DNA from: Candidatus Bipolaricaulia bacterium
GTDB lineage: Bacteria > Bipolaricaulota > Bipolaricaulia > JBHIAT01
Assembly: GCA_046758705.1 (NCBI GenBank)
Contig: JBHIAT010000031.1
Span: 1 to 26,980 of the forward strand
Direction: 5' to 3'
Length of the DNA stretch: 26,980 bases
Made by a program: the position numbers and the translations under genes. A model generated the notes under the pieces. It had not been told where the DNA came from. It did no database searches and worked only from the letters and a program-made list of their open reading frames with translations. Below, piece by piece: positions 1 to 9,263 of this stretch. Each line of letters opens with the position of its first letter. Position 1 is the first letter of the stretch.

Positions 1-594
1 GGCACAGTTAAACAAAATGACCGTCCAAGTCATATTTAAAGTCGGAAAGGCACGGCTGGCGAGGAAGCTTTCCCCCAGCCCTTCAAGATCGGCAAGTTCA
101 GCATCTGTAAAACCAACGAGCGCCCCACCCGATGCCGTTGTGTCATCTCTCAACGAATCGCCCAAATCCCCGATGACCTGGACATCGAACGTATCCAGAT
201 CCACCTGAATGCTGTTGTTGTTGGCAAACCTGACCGTTGATTTACCCGCGGGGATTTGGAGGCACCCGACTTTCAGGCCTTCGAATCCTCCGTCAACGCC
301 GAGACTTGGGAGTTCAATGTCGATATCAAACCCCAGGCCGAACAGCTCTCCTGAGTCGCCGCTGATGATGATCTCAAAGAGCTTCTCCTCGAGCAAATCG
401 TCAAACCCTATAGTGGCTGTCAATGAGCCGAACAGATCGTTCAGAGCGGATGGCGCTCCTGGGGCACGCCGAACCCGCAGTCTCGGTTGGCCGGCGAACG
501 CCGTGCTGCTCACCATCGCGACCACAAGAAGCGTGATGAACAGGACGACCCCTATATGCCATCCCGTTCTAGCTCTACCTCCCAACCTGTTCAT
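1..594 (-). CDS. Secreted/exported hypothetical protein, partial (runs off the left edge)
   Basis: Absent from the ORF track. I read ATG at 594 with SD AGGAGGAG (601-608) and an open frame to position 1: MNRLGGRARTGWHIGVVLFITLLVVAMVSSTAFA-GQPRL... It has a basic n-region, hydrophobic h-region and AFA cleavage motif; the mature part is acidic and Gly-rich. Confidence 0.8.
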   Translation of the reverse strand, partial: MNRLGGRARTGWHIGVVLFITLLVVAMVSSTAFAGQPRLRVRRAPGAPSALNDLFGSLTATIGFDDLLEEKLFEIIISGDSGELFGLGFDIDIELPSLGVDGGFEGLKVGCLQIPAGKSTVRFANNNSIQVDLDTFDVQVIGDLGDSLRDDTTASGGALVGFTDAELADLEGLGESFLASRAFPTLNMTWTVILFNCA

Positions 595-703
595 AGAAAA
601 CTCCTCCTCTAAATAATCTCCCACGTATCTTGGGGAGAGGATAAGAACTCCATATATTGTTGTACCCTAAAAACCTAGCTTTTATACTTGAGCAGAGATT
701 GAG

Positions 704-1327
704 ATGAGACTTCGATCGGATTGTGCGGCCCCATTGCTCCTCCTCACCCTGATCTTGGTGGTGGGCCCATCGGCATCGGCGATCGCCGAGGAACAGATGT
801 TAAGCCCCGAACAGCAACGCCGACTCGATCAGGGGGAGGTGTTGGTGTTGAAGGCGGATCTCGTCGCTGGGTTAAGCGAGGGGCTCGCCCAGGTGATCAT
901 CGACCGGCCCTGGGAGGAGGTATGGTTAGCAATCGTTCCGATCGAGAACCAGACCTATCTTCCCCGAGTCCGGGAGATCCGGGTGTTGGAGCAGAGCGGA
1001 TCTGCATACAGAGCCCGGCTCGTGTTGGGGTTCCTGTGGTGGCGGATCGGCTACACCCTCCACCTCCAGGCCGATCGGGACGGCCGTCGGCTGACCTGGG
1101 AGATCGATCCCGACGCCGACAACGATCTCAACTACACGTCCGGCTACTGGGAGCTGGTGCCGCTCGCCACCGATCGCACCCTGGTCACTTACTATGTAGC
1201 TCTGGATATCGGATACACGATCCCAGGATTCATCGAGGATTACCTGGTGCGCCGGGACCTGCCCGATGTCCTGCATCGGCTGCGTGAGCGGGTCATGTCG
1301 AGGGATGGGAGCGAGGATGAGAGGTAG
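704..1327 (+). CDS. SRPBCC/START-fold (polyketide cyclase/CoQ10-like) protein with signal peptide
   Basis: The signal peptide ends ASA-IA. The pattern 'IDRPWEEVW...YLPRV...GYWELVP...TLVTY...IPGFI..LVRRDLPDVLHRLR' is typical of the helix-grip fold. Confidence 0.7.
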   Translation: MRLRSDCAAPLLLLTLILVVGPSASAIAEEQMLSPEQQRRLDQGEVLVLKADLVAGLSEGLAQVIIDRPWEEVWLAIVPIENQTYLPRVREIRVLEQSGSAYRARLVLGFLWWRIGYTLHLQADRDGRRLTWEIDPDADNDLNYTSGYWELVPLATDRTLVTYYVALDIGYTIPGFIEDYLVRRDLPDVLHRLRERVMSRDGSEDER

Positions 1328-1940
1328 CGGTGTGGTCATTATCATCGTGGTCGGAATGGCGTTGATGATGGCTGCTGGCTCGTCCGTCTCCGCCGGTCCG
1401 TATCACGCGTTTCTGGACCTGCCCAACGCTTATACCTTGGGAGAGCTGCGCTATGTGAAACTCTCTACGACAAACGCGGGGACGCAGCAGGTGCTGCTGG
1501 CTGGCCCGGTGCTAGGACAACGGCTCAACCTGTTCGGGCAGGTCGGGTTCGAATCCGGAGCCGTCGTTAGCTTTATCGGAGGAGGGCGGTTGAGCCTGAT
1601 GGACGAGACGGATGATCCGTTCTCCTTGGCGCTCCAGATCGAGGTCGGCAGTGTGCCATTGGTTTCGCTGTTCGCCAGCATGACCTTTCCGGCCGGCATG
1701 GCCTGGATTCACCTTGGCCCGACCTTCGATCTCCAACAGGGATTGCCGGGATTGACCGGCTACACGTTCCTGACCGACGTCTCGTTAGGCTCCACGGTGG
1801 CGTTCCAGCTCGGCAGCGTGTTGCGCCCGAACGCGCCCGCTGAGCCGCTCGCCGGGATGAGGCTTTTCTATCGGTACGCGGCGTTCTCATGGGGGATCCG
1901 GGGCGACGGATGGGAGGGGAACCTTGGCCTACTATTCTAA
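1317..1940 (+). CDS. Exported hypothetical protein, possible small outer-membrane beta-barrel
   Basis: Start moved from 1266 to ATG 1317 (SD GGGAG). Signal peptide MRGSGVVIIIVVGMALMMAAGSSVSA, alternating polar/hydrophobic strands, C-terminus WEGNLGLLF with terminal Phe. Confidence 0.55.
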   Translation: MRGSGVVIIIVVGMALMMAAGSSVSAGPYHAFLDLPNAYTLGELRYVKLSTTNAGTQQVLLAGPVLGQRLNLFGQVGFESGAVVSFIGGGRLSLMDETDDPFSLALQIEVGSVPLVSLFASMTFPAGMAWIHLGPTFDLQQGLPGLTGYTFLTDVSLGSTVAFQLGSVLRPNAPAEPLAGMRLFYRYAAFSWGIRGDGWEGNLGLLF

Positions 1941-2904
1941 GAAGGCAGGCAAGTTCTGGGTGATGATTCTGCTGGCACTGTCCGCGCTCTCAGTCAATGC
2001 CTACGCTGTAGAACTCGTCTTTCTTCACACCAACGATCTGCACCTGTCGTTCGGACCCCGGTCCGAGGATGGAATAGGCGGGACGATGGTGTTGGAGCAG
2101 CTGATCCAGGAGATCCGTGCTCAACATGAACATGTGCTGCTCGTCGACTCCGGGGACACGTGGCAGGACTTCTTCTCGCCGCGGTGGTCTCTGCTGAAGG
2201 GCGAGCCGATGGTCACGTGGATGAACCGGGTCGGCTACGATGCGATGGCGCTCGGCAACCACGAGTTCCTCTACGGCGGGCTGGATCGTATCAGGAAGAA
2301 CGTCAACCAAGCGGCGTTTCCGGTGCTGAGCGCCAACCTGCGCTCGTTCGACCCCCGCCGATTTCCGGTTCCGGTTGCACCCTACATCGTTCGTGAGCTC
2401 GGCGGACTTAACGTGCTGATCATCGGGCTGACCACCCAGGAGTTCGTGGTAGCTCAGATCATGCACCCCTACCGGCTTAACGATCCATCGTGGGCGGTCC
2501 GGGAGGTGCTTGATCAGGTGGACGAGGCGATCGATCTGGTGGTCGTCGTCGCCCACATCCGCGAGACGAAAGCGGCCCAGATCATCGCCGAGAATCCGGA
2601 GATCGATCTGTTCTTCTCCGGCCATACGCATCTGGCGCTCGAAGATCCGATCCAGGTGGGGACGGCTTACGTCTTTCAATCGGGGTGGTGGGCCAGGTTT
2701 TTGGGGATGGTCCGGGTGACCGTCGACCCGATCACCAAGGCGATCGTGAACGTCGAGAACACCTTGATTCCGGCGGTCAACGATCCGGAGACGCTTGAGG
2801 CGAGCCAGAGGTTCAGCGATCAGTTCCAAGGGGAGATCGACCGCCGGGGGCTCAAGGCCGCTATCACCCTCGGGGTATTGCTTTTACCGCTGCTGTGGTT
2901 TTAA
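1924..2904 (+). CDS. Calcineurin-like metallophosphoesterase (5'-nucleotidase/UshA N-terminal-type domain) with signal peptide and C-terminal hydrophobic tail
   Basis: Motifs HTNDLH, DSGD, LGNHEF, SGHTH. TTG start after SD GGGAGGGG. Too short to include the C-terminal 5'-nucleotidase substrate domain. Confidence 0.85.
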   Translation: MAYYSKKAGKFWVMILLALSALSVNAYAVELVFLHTNDLHLSFGPRSEDGIGGTMVLEQLIQEIRAQHEHVLLVDSGDTWQDFFSPRWSLLKGEPMVTWMNRVGYDAMALGNHEFLYGGLDRIRKNVNQAAFPVLSANLRSFDPRRFPVPVAPYIVRELGGLNVLIIGLTTQEFVVAQIMHPYRLNDPSWAVREVLDQVDEAIDLVVVVAHIRETKAAQIIAENPEIDLFFSGHTHLALEDPIQVGTAYVFQSGWWARFLGMVRVTVDPITKAIVNVENTLIPAVNDPETLEASQRFSDQFQGEIDRRGLKAAITLGVLLLPLLWF

Positions 2905-2907
2905 TCG

Positions 2908-3657
2908 TTAGCCGACCGTCTCAAAGATCTCATCGGGGATATCGAAGTTGGCGAACACCTGCTGGACATCCTCGTGATCATCGAGCCGGTTCATCAACTT
3001 TAATATCCGCTCCGCCTCGCTCCCCTCCAGGTGCACGTTGGTGGTGGGGATCATCGTACTCTCCGCCCGACCGATCCTTGCCCCCATCGCCTCCAGTGCT
3101 TCTCGGATCTTCTGGATCAGCTTGGGGGAGCAGTAGATCTCGATCCCGTCCTCAATCTCCTGGATGTCCTCAGCGCCCAACTCGATGGCGCGCATCATCA
3201 GCTCATCGTGATCCGCTTCCGTAGCGTCTCCATCGACCACGATGACCCCCTGGCGCTCGAACAACCAGGCGACGCTTCCCTCCTCCCCCATGTGACCTCC
3301 AAACTCTTTGAAGATGCGGCGAATCCCGGAGGCGCTTCGGTTGCGATTGTCAGTGACGACTCGAACCAGCATCGCTACGCCGCCGGGCCCGTACCCTTCG
3401 TAGCTGATCTCCTCGTACTGGACTCCCTCCAGATCGCCGGTGGCTCGCTTGATCGCCCGTTCGATGTTTTCCTTGGGCATATTCACCGCCTTGGCGCGCT
3501 CGATGGCGTTGGCCAGGGACGGGTTGTTGTCGGGATCGGGGTCGTGTCGGGCGAGCAAGGTGATCTCCTTGATCAGCTTGGAGAACAGTTGTCCCCGCTT
3601 CTTATCCTGGCTCCCCTTGCGATACTTGATGTTCGCCCATTTCGAATGACCGGAAAT
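2908..3657 (-). CDS. yebC: YebC/PmpR family protein, probable ATT start
   Basis: The canonical N-terminus (M)SGHSKWANIKYRKGSQDKKRGQLFSKL follows ATT at 3657-3655, 33 codons upstream of the track start. Also YEGYGPGG, TDNRNR and DDHEDVQQVFANF. Confidence 0.93.
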   Translation of the reverse strand: MSGHSKWANIKYRKGSQDKKRGQLFSKLIKEITLLARHDPDPDNNPSLANAIERAKAVNMPKENIERAIKRATGDLEGVQYEEISYEGYGPGGVAMLVRVVTDNRNRSASGIRRIFKEFGGHMGEEGSVAWLFERQGVIVVDGDATEADHDELMMRAIELGAEDIQEIEDGIEIYCSPKLIQKIREALEAMGARIGRAESTMIPTTNVHLEGSEAERILKLMNRLDDHEDVQQVFANFDIPDEIFETVG

Positions 3658-4099
3658 GGTTATCCCCCCCTGTGAATGGAATAATCTCGATCGATCGATC
3701 GTTCGGACCGGTGATCCGGAGCCGGACGGTGATCCCCGGGGGCAGGAGCCCCACTAGCTTCTCCCCCCACTCGATCGCGGTGATCCCGGTCTCCTCCAGC
3801 AGGTAATCTCCTATCCCGATCTCGATCAGTTCCGCCGGGTCGGAGATCCGATAGGCATCGACGTGAAACAGCGGAACCTGACCGTCCCGATGCTCCCGGA
3901 TCAACAGGTAGCTGGGACTGGTGATCCGATCGGAGATTCCCAAGCCTTGAGCAATCCCCTGCACCAACGCCGTCTTGCCAGCGCCCACCTCCCCCACCAC
4001 CGAGATCAGGTCGCCTGGTTCCAGCTCACCGGCCAGTTTTCTACCGAGCGCCATCGTCTCCTCGGGGCTGTGACTGTAGACGGTCAGCGACTCCATCAC
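3602..4099 (-). CDS. tsaE: tRNA threonylcarbamoyladenosine biosynthesis ATPase TsaE
   Basis: Walker A GEVGAGKT, ITSPSY, HVDAYRI, IEWGE. The C-terminal tail overlaps yebC by 56 nt. Confidence 0.93.
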   Translation of the reverse strand: MMESLTVYSHSPEETMALGRKLAGELEPGDLISVVGEVGAGKTALVQGIAQGLGISDRITSPSYLLIREHRDGQVPLFHVDAYRISDPAELIEIGIGDYLLEETGITAIEWGEKLVGLLPPGITVRLRITGPNDRSIEIIPFTGGDNHFRSFEMGEHQVSQGEPG

Positions 4100-5352
4100 T
4101 CGATCTCGATCCTCACCCTCACGATCTCCTTGTCGGTCGCCTCCTCGACGATGAATCGCGTGCTATCGATCGTGAACGTCTCATCCTCCCTGGGCAGATC
4201 CTGCAGACGATTCAGGATCAAGCCGCTGATCGTCACCCCCTCGTCGATGGGCAGTTCGAGATCCAGGGCGTCGTTGATCTCGTCGATCTCGGCGTCTCCA
4301 TCGACCAGGAAGACTTTATCCGAGATCCGCTTGATGAGCTGTTCTGGATGATCGTACTCGTCCTCGATCTCACCGACGATCTCCTCCAGGATGTCCTCGA
4401 GCGTGATCAGGCCGGCCACCCCACCGTATTCGTTGACGACAATGGCCATGTGAACCCGCTTCGTTTGAAAGTCGCGGAGCAGCACGTTGATCGGCTTGGT
4501 CGTCGGGGTGTAGATGACGGGGTGGAGGATCTCCTGCAGCGTCACCTGGTCATCCGGATCGTATTTGAGCAGGTCCTTGGTGTACAGGATACCGACCATG
4601 TTGTCGATCGTGTCCTCGTAGACGGGACACCGAGAATGTTCAGCGGTGCTCACGATCTGTCGCACCTCATCGAGCGTCGTATTGACCTCCAGCGCGTCCA
4701 TCTCGGTGCGTGGGACCATGATCTGGCGCGCCACCAGGTTGTCATAGGAGAAGATCCGCTCGATCATCTCCCCCTCTTCCTCGGCGATCACCCCCTTCTC
4801 CTCACCGACCTCGACCAGCATCTTGATCTCCTCCTCGCTCACCTCGATCGGTTCCTGTGAGGCGATTTCCTCCCCGAACAGCCGGATAATGGATGAGGAG
4901 ATCCACTGGAACATGGTGACGGCCGGCCCGAGCAACACCGCGAACAGGTAGATGGTGTTGATCACCCCGAGCGTCACCCGTTCCGGGTGATTCTTGGCGA
5001 GGCTTTTGGGGGTGATCTCCCCAAGGATGAGCAACGAGGTGGTCATCACGACGGTGGCGATGATCGCGGCCTGATAGTCGGGTAAACTCTCGGGGAGAAG
5101 GTTGAGAAACAGCAGCGTCGCCAGCGACGCGGCGGCGACGTTGACGAGGTTATTCATAATTAGCAGCAGGGTGATCAACCGATTGGGGGACTGGATCAGG
5201 GCGTCGAGTGCCCGGGCTTTGCGCTTGTGTTGGGTCATCAGGTAGCGAAGCCGAATCTGTCCCATCGCGGTGATCGCCGTCTCGGCACTCGAGAAGTAGG
5301 CCGATGCAGCGAGTAATAGAACGAGGATGGAAAGTAGTGGTCCTGTAGGCAC
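4096..5352 (-). CDS. CNNM/CorB-CorC (hemolysin-like) Mg2+/Co2+ transporter: DUF21 + CBS pair + CorC_HlyC
   Basis: SAYFSSAETA, LLIMNNLVN, GEITPKSLA, IMVPR, HSRCPVY, VNEYGGVAGLITLEDILEEIVGEIEDEYD. Confidence 0.92.
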   Translation of the reverse strand: MPTGPLLSILVLLLAASAYFSSAETAITAMGQIRLRYLMTQHKRKARALDALIQSPNRLITLLLIMNNLVNVAAASLATLLFLNLLPESLPDYQAAIIATVVMTTSLLILGEITPKSLAKNHPERVTLGVINTIYLFAVLLGPAVTMFQWISSSIIRLFGEEIASQEPIEVSEEEIKMLVEVGEEKGVIAEEEGEMIERIFSYDNLVARQIMVPRTEMDALEVNTTLDEVRQIVSTAEHSRCPVYEDTIDNMVGILYTKDLLKYDPDDQVTLQEILHPVIYTPTTKPINVLLRDFQTKRVHMAIVVNEYGGVAGLITLEDILEEIVGEIEDEYDHPEQLIKRISDKVFLVDGDAEIDEINDALDLELPIDEGVTISGLILNRLQDLPREDETFTIDSTRFIVEEATDKEIVRVRIEIE

Positions 5353-5371
5353 CTCTCAGTTCACCGGTTCC

Positions 5372-5400
5372 ATTATATCGAGAATCTCGGTCAACCTCAA
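5372..5400 (-). promoter_or_regulatory. Putative sigma70 promoter for CNNM-tsaE-yebC
   Basis: Minus strand TTGAGG-17 nt-TATAAT, about 20 nt upstream of the GTG start, in an AT-rich divergent intergenic region. Confidence 0.5.
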
Positions 5401-5480
5401 GCTTCACCCCTTACACATATATATTATACCTCAATTTTCAGTTTTGAACTCAACCTTGCTTAATTTTACGGCCTCGTGTA

Positions 5481-5489
5481 TGCTATGAT
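5481..5489 (+). promoter_or_regulatory. Putative extended -10 promoter for accBC
   Basis: TGcTATGAT upstream of SD AAGGAGG and GTG 5519. Confidence 0.45.
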
Positions 5490-5518
5490 CGTGGGTGGTG
5501 GGACAAGGAGGATAGGCT

Positions 5519-5944
5519 GTGGAACTTGAGGAACTTCGCACGCTGATAGAGCTTTTTGATCACTCCTCCCTTACGGAAATGACGATCAAGGAGGGGGATC
5601 AGGAGCTGATCCTCAAGCGAAAATCGGCCAGACCGGTCAAGCCGATCGAAGTCCAGGCGGCCAGTGAGCGGATCGAGGAGACGTCCGCGCGCCGAGACGG
5701 CTACGTCTCGATCCGCTCACCGATAGTGGGGACCTTCTATCGGCGCCCTTCCCCGGATGAGGACCCCTACGTTGAGGTTGGTGATCGGGTCGAAGACGGA
5801 GACACCGTCTGCATCATCGAGGCGATGAAGGTCATGAACGAGATTGAAGCCGACTGCACTGGGATTATCGCGAACATCCTGGTGGAGGATGCGCAGCCGG
5901 TGGAGTACGGGCAGGAGTTATTTCTGCTCGAGCCGATCGGATAG
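5519..5944 (+). CDS. accB: Biotin carboxyl carrier protein
   Basis: [13 protein letters not shown], biotinylation motif [17 protein letters not shown]. Confidence 0.95.
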   Translation: MELEELRTLIELFDHSSLTEMTIKEGDQELILKRKSARPVKPIEVQAASERIEETSARRDGYVSIRSPIVGTFYRRPSPDEDPYVEVGDRVEDGDTVCIIEAMKVMNEIEADCTGIIANILVEDAQPVEYGQELFLLEPIG

Positions 5945-5965
5945 TCCGGAGCGACGAACGCCGAG

Positions 5966-7354
5966 ATGAGCAGAAAGGTCAAGCGGTTCAAGAGGATCCT
6001 GATCGCCAATCGTGGGGAGATCGCCCTGCGGGTGGTGGAAGCCTGTCGGGAGCTTGGTATCCAGTCGGTGGCTGTCTTCTCCGAGCCCGATCGTTCCCTG
6101 CCCCATGTTCAGCTGGCCGATGTGGCCTTCTGTATCGGTCCGGCGAGCGCCGGCGAGAGCTATCTCGACATCCCGGTACTCATGAGTGTGGCCGAGTTGT
6201 CGGGCACCGACGCCGTCCATCCCGGCTATGGATTTCTAGCCGAAGATCCTCACTTCGTCGAGATCTGCGAGGAGAGCGGCCTCGTGTTCATCGGCCCGAG
6301 CCATAGGACGATGGTGGAAGCCGGTGACAAGCTGATTGCCAAACGGAAAGTGGCCAAGGCGGAGGTCCCGGTGATTCCGGGCTCGGAGGGCGTGGTCCGG
6401 ACCGAGGACGAGTTGCTCGAAGTCACGAACGAACTGGGTTATCCACTGATCATCAAGGCGACCGCCAGCGGCGGCGGCCGGGGGATGCGCGTCGTGCAAC
6501 AGGAGGACCAGATCCGCCTGTTTCAAGCATTCCACGCCGTCCGGCGTGAGGCCGAAGCCGGGTTCGGCACCTCTGATGTCTATGTGGAACGGTATATCCC
6601 GAACCCTAAGCACATCGAGGTCCAGATTCTGGCCGATCGCGCCGGCAACGTCATCCATTGGGGAGAGCGTGACTGCTCGATCCAGCGACGCCATCAGAAG
6701 CTGATTGAGGAAGCACCGGCGCCGGGACTCAACGCGGCGACCCGGAACCGGATCCATCAGGCGGCCATCCAGGCGGCCAAGGCACTAGACTACCAAAACG
6801 TTGGGACCGTTGAGTTCATCGTCGCGGGCGATGTGCTCTACTTCCTGGAAATCAACGCGCGCATTCAGGTCGAGCACCCCATCTCCGAGATGATCACTGA
6901 CAGGGACCTGATTAAGGAGCAGATTCGGCTAGCCGAGGGAGAGAAGCTCGGCTACAGTCAACAGGAGGTCCAATTCCGTGGCCACGCCATCGAGTGCCGT
7001 ATCAACGCCGAGGATCCCTACGACGGTTTCCGTCCCTCGAGCGGCAGGATCCGGTTGAAGCAGCTTCCCGGAGGATCCGGCGTTCGAATCGACACCCATC
7101 TGTTCGACGGTCTGGAGATAACCCCCCACTATGATTCGATGCTCGCCAAGCTGATCGTATATGGACAGGACAGAACAGAGGCACGGATCAAGATGATCGG
7201 AGCCCTGGAGCGGTTTGACGTCGACGGGGTTAAGACGACCCGCGACCTATGCCGAGAGACGATCACTCATCCAACGTTCGTCGCCGGAAAGGCCGATACC
7301 GGGTTCTTGACCTCCGAGATCTTGGAGGTCCATCCTTCCCGGCAGACGACTTAG
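5966..7354 (+). CDS. accC: Biotin carboxylase
   Basis: ILIANRGEIA, HPGYGFLAE, GGGRGMR, ERDCSIQRRHQK, EINARIQVEHP, RINAED, YDSMLAKLI. Confidence 0.96.
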   Translation: MSRKVKRFKRILIANRGEIALRVVEACRELGIQSVAVFSEPDRSLPHVQLADVAFCIGPASAGESYLDIPVLMSVAELSGTDAVHPGYGFLAEDPHFVEICEESGLVFIGPSHRTMVEAGDKLIAKRKVAKAEVPVIPGSEGVVRTEDELLEVTNELGYPLIIKATASGGGRGMRVVQQEDQIRLFQAFHAVRREAEAGFGTSDVYVERYIPNPKHIEVQILADRAGNVIHWGERDCSIQRRHQKLIEEAPAPGLNAATRNRIHQAAIQAAKALDYQNVGTVEFIVAGDVLYFLEINARIQVEHPISEMITDRDLIKEQIRLAEGEKLGYSQQEVQFRGHAIECRINAEDPYDGFRPSSGRIRLKQLPGGSGVRIDTHLFDGLEITPHYDSMLAKLIVYGQDRTEARIKMIGALERFDVDGVKTTRDLCRETITHPTFVAGKADTGFLTSEILEVHPSRQTT

Positions 7355-7384
7355 GACGGGACGCCGCCGTCCCCGGCTGGCCGG

Positions 7385-7413
7385 TTGACGCCAGAACGGA
7401 ATGTTGTTAAAAT
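7385..7413 (+). promoter_or_regulatory. Putative sigma70 promoter upstream of ffh
   Basis: TTGACG-17 nt-TAAAAT with extended TG. Confidence 0.65.
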
Positions 7414-7421
7414 AATTCTGA

Positions 7422-7533
7422 TCCAACCACAGAGCTCATAGAAACTCAAACCGAAGCACCAGGGGGGCAACCAGACCCACCCTGGTCGAGGGTGTCCGAC
7501 CTCTCGGACTCGCCCGCTATACCTAAGGTTGGA
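7422..7533 (+). ncRNA. Candidate structured RNA / ffh 5' leader, family not identified
   Basis: Begins at the predicted TSS. An outer stem TCCAACC/GGTTGGA encloses two hairpins: ACCAGGGGGG/CCCACCCTGGT and GGGTGTCCGA-CCTC-TCGGACTCGCCC. Confidence 0.35.
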
Positions 7534-7559
7534 GGAGCAAGGGAGTAAGGTCATTCACG

Positions 7560-8861
7560 ATGCTTGAGCAGCTGAGCGAGAAGCTGACTTCAGTCTTGAC
7601 CCGACTGCGGCGTCAGGGAATGCTCTCTGAGGCCGATCTGGACGAGGGGTTGAAGCAGGTTCGGCTGGTGCTGTTGGAAGCCGACGTCCATTATCGGGTT
7701 GTCAAGCGCTTCGTAGACCGGGTGCGCGAGGTTGCCGTCGGCGAACGGGTCATGGACAGTCTGACGCCGGGCCAACAGGTGATCAAGATCGTTCGAGATC
7801 AGTTAGCAGCGATCATGGGCGGGGAGCGGGTCAACCTGGATCTGTCAGGACAACCGACGATCCTGATGTTGGTCGGACTCCAGGGTTCGGGGAAGACGAC
7901 CACCGCCGGGAAGCTGGCACGGCTCCTGAAACACGAAGGCAAAGCGCCCGCCCTCGTCGCCACCGATGTCTACCGACCAGCCGCCATCGAGCAGCTGAAG
8001 CAGCTCGGAGATGATCTCGGGCTGCCCACGTTCGCCGAGGGAGAGACGGCGGTCGAGATCGCGGTCAGAGCACTGACCTGGGCCAAACAAAACGCCAGGG
8101 ACGTGATCATTCTCGATACCGCAGGACGGTTGCAGATCGACCAGGAGATGATGGCGGAACTGGAGGAGACCGACCGGGTGATCCAGCCCACGGAGGTGCT
8201 GTTTGTCGCCGACGCCATGACCGGTCAGGAGGCGGTCAACGTCGCTACAGCGTTCCACGAGCGCCTCGAACTGGACGGGGTGATCCTGACCAAGCTCGAC
8301 GGCGATGCCCGGGGTGGGGCGGCGCTCTCGATCCGTGAGGTCATCGGCGTCCCGATCAAGTTCGTGGGCACCGGGGAGAAGCTCGACGCCCTCGAGCCGT
8401 TCCATCCCGATCGCATGGCCGAGTGGATCCTGGGGATGGGCGATGTGCTCACGCTCATCGAGAAGGCCGAGTCGGCGTTCGACGCTGAGCAGACCAGGAA
8501 GCTGGAGGAGAAGATCCGTAAGGATCGGTTCACCCTGCAGGACTTCCTCGAGCAACTCCACCAGGTGCGGGACATGGGGCCGCTGAGCGAGATCATCGGC
8601 AAACTGCCGGGGATGAATCGTCGGATCGAGGTCGATGAGCGTGAACTCGATCGGATCGCGGCGATCATCAATTCGATGACAGTCGCGGAGCGGGAGAACT
8701 CAGCGATCCTCAACAGCAGTCGCAAGAAACGGATTGCACGGGGATCGGGAACCCAGGTCAGCGACGTTAACCGATTGTTGAAACGGTTCGATGAGGCCAG
8801 GCGACTCATGAAACAGATGGAGGGGAGATGGGGCAGGTCCTCGGGACGGCTTCCTTTTTGA
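7560..8861 (+). CDS. ffh: Signal recognition particle protein
   Basis: LLEADV, GLQGSGKTTT, DTAGR, TKLDGDARGGAALS, M-domain IINSMT...SRKKRIARGSG. Confidence 0.97.
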   Translation: MLEQLSEKLTSVLTRLRRQGMLSEADLDEGLKQVRLVLLEADVHYRVVKRFVDRVREVAVGERVMDSLTPGQQVIKIVRDQLAAIMGGERVNLDLSGQPTILMLVGLQGSGKTTTAGKLARLLKHEGKAPALVATDVYRPAAIEQLKQLGDDLGLPTFAEGETAVEIAVRALTWAKQNARDVIILDTAGRLQIDQEMMAELEETDRVIQPTEVLFVADAMTGQEAVNVATAFHERLELDGVILTKLDGDARGGAALSIREVIGVPIKFVGTGEKLDALEPFHPDRMAEWILGMGDVLTLIEKAESAFDAEQTRKLEEKIRKDRFTLQDFLEQLHQVRDMGPLSEIIGKLPGMNRRIEVDERELDRIAAIINSMTVAERENSAILNSSRKKRIARGSGTQVSDVNRLLKRFDEARRLMKQMEGRWGRSSGRLPF

Positions 8862-8953
8862 GCTGTGCGCCCGGCTCCGAGGGATAGATATTGAGACGTG
8901 ATGGAAGCGCGCCGCGTTAAGGTATGAAGCATAAAGTATAGAGTAAGGGAGAG

Positions 8954-9229
8954 ATGATGGCAGTGAAGATCAGACTTCAGCGGGTTGGTAGGAAGAACCA
9001 GCCTGCTTACCGGGTCGTGGTCGTCGATGAGCGGAAGCCGAGGGACACCCGGGTGATCGATCGCCTCGGGCACTACAACCCTCTGCCCGACCCCCCGGAG
9101 ATCGAGATCGATACGGGGAGAACTGTGGAGTGGCTAATCAATGGGGCTCAACCGACCGAAGCGGCCCGAGCGCTGCTAAAGAAGTTCGGGGTGATGGCCG
9201 AGTTGCATCGATTGCGGCACGGAGGGTAG
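8954..9229 (+). CDS. rpsP: 30S ribosomal protein S16
   Basis: MAVKIRLQRVGRKNQPAYRVVVVDERKPRD...LGHYNP...WLINGAQPTE. Confidence 0.96.
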   Translation: MMAVKIRLQRVGRKNQPAYRVVVVDERKPRDTRVIDRLGHYNPLPDPPEIEIDTGRTVEWLINGAQPTEAARALLKKFGVMAELHRLRHGG

Positions 9230-9263
9230 CCCGCCAAACGGCCCTCCAAGATCGGGGTCGGGA

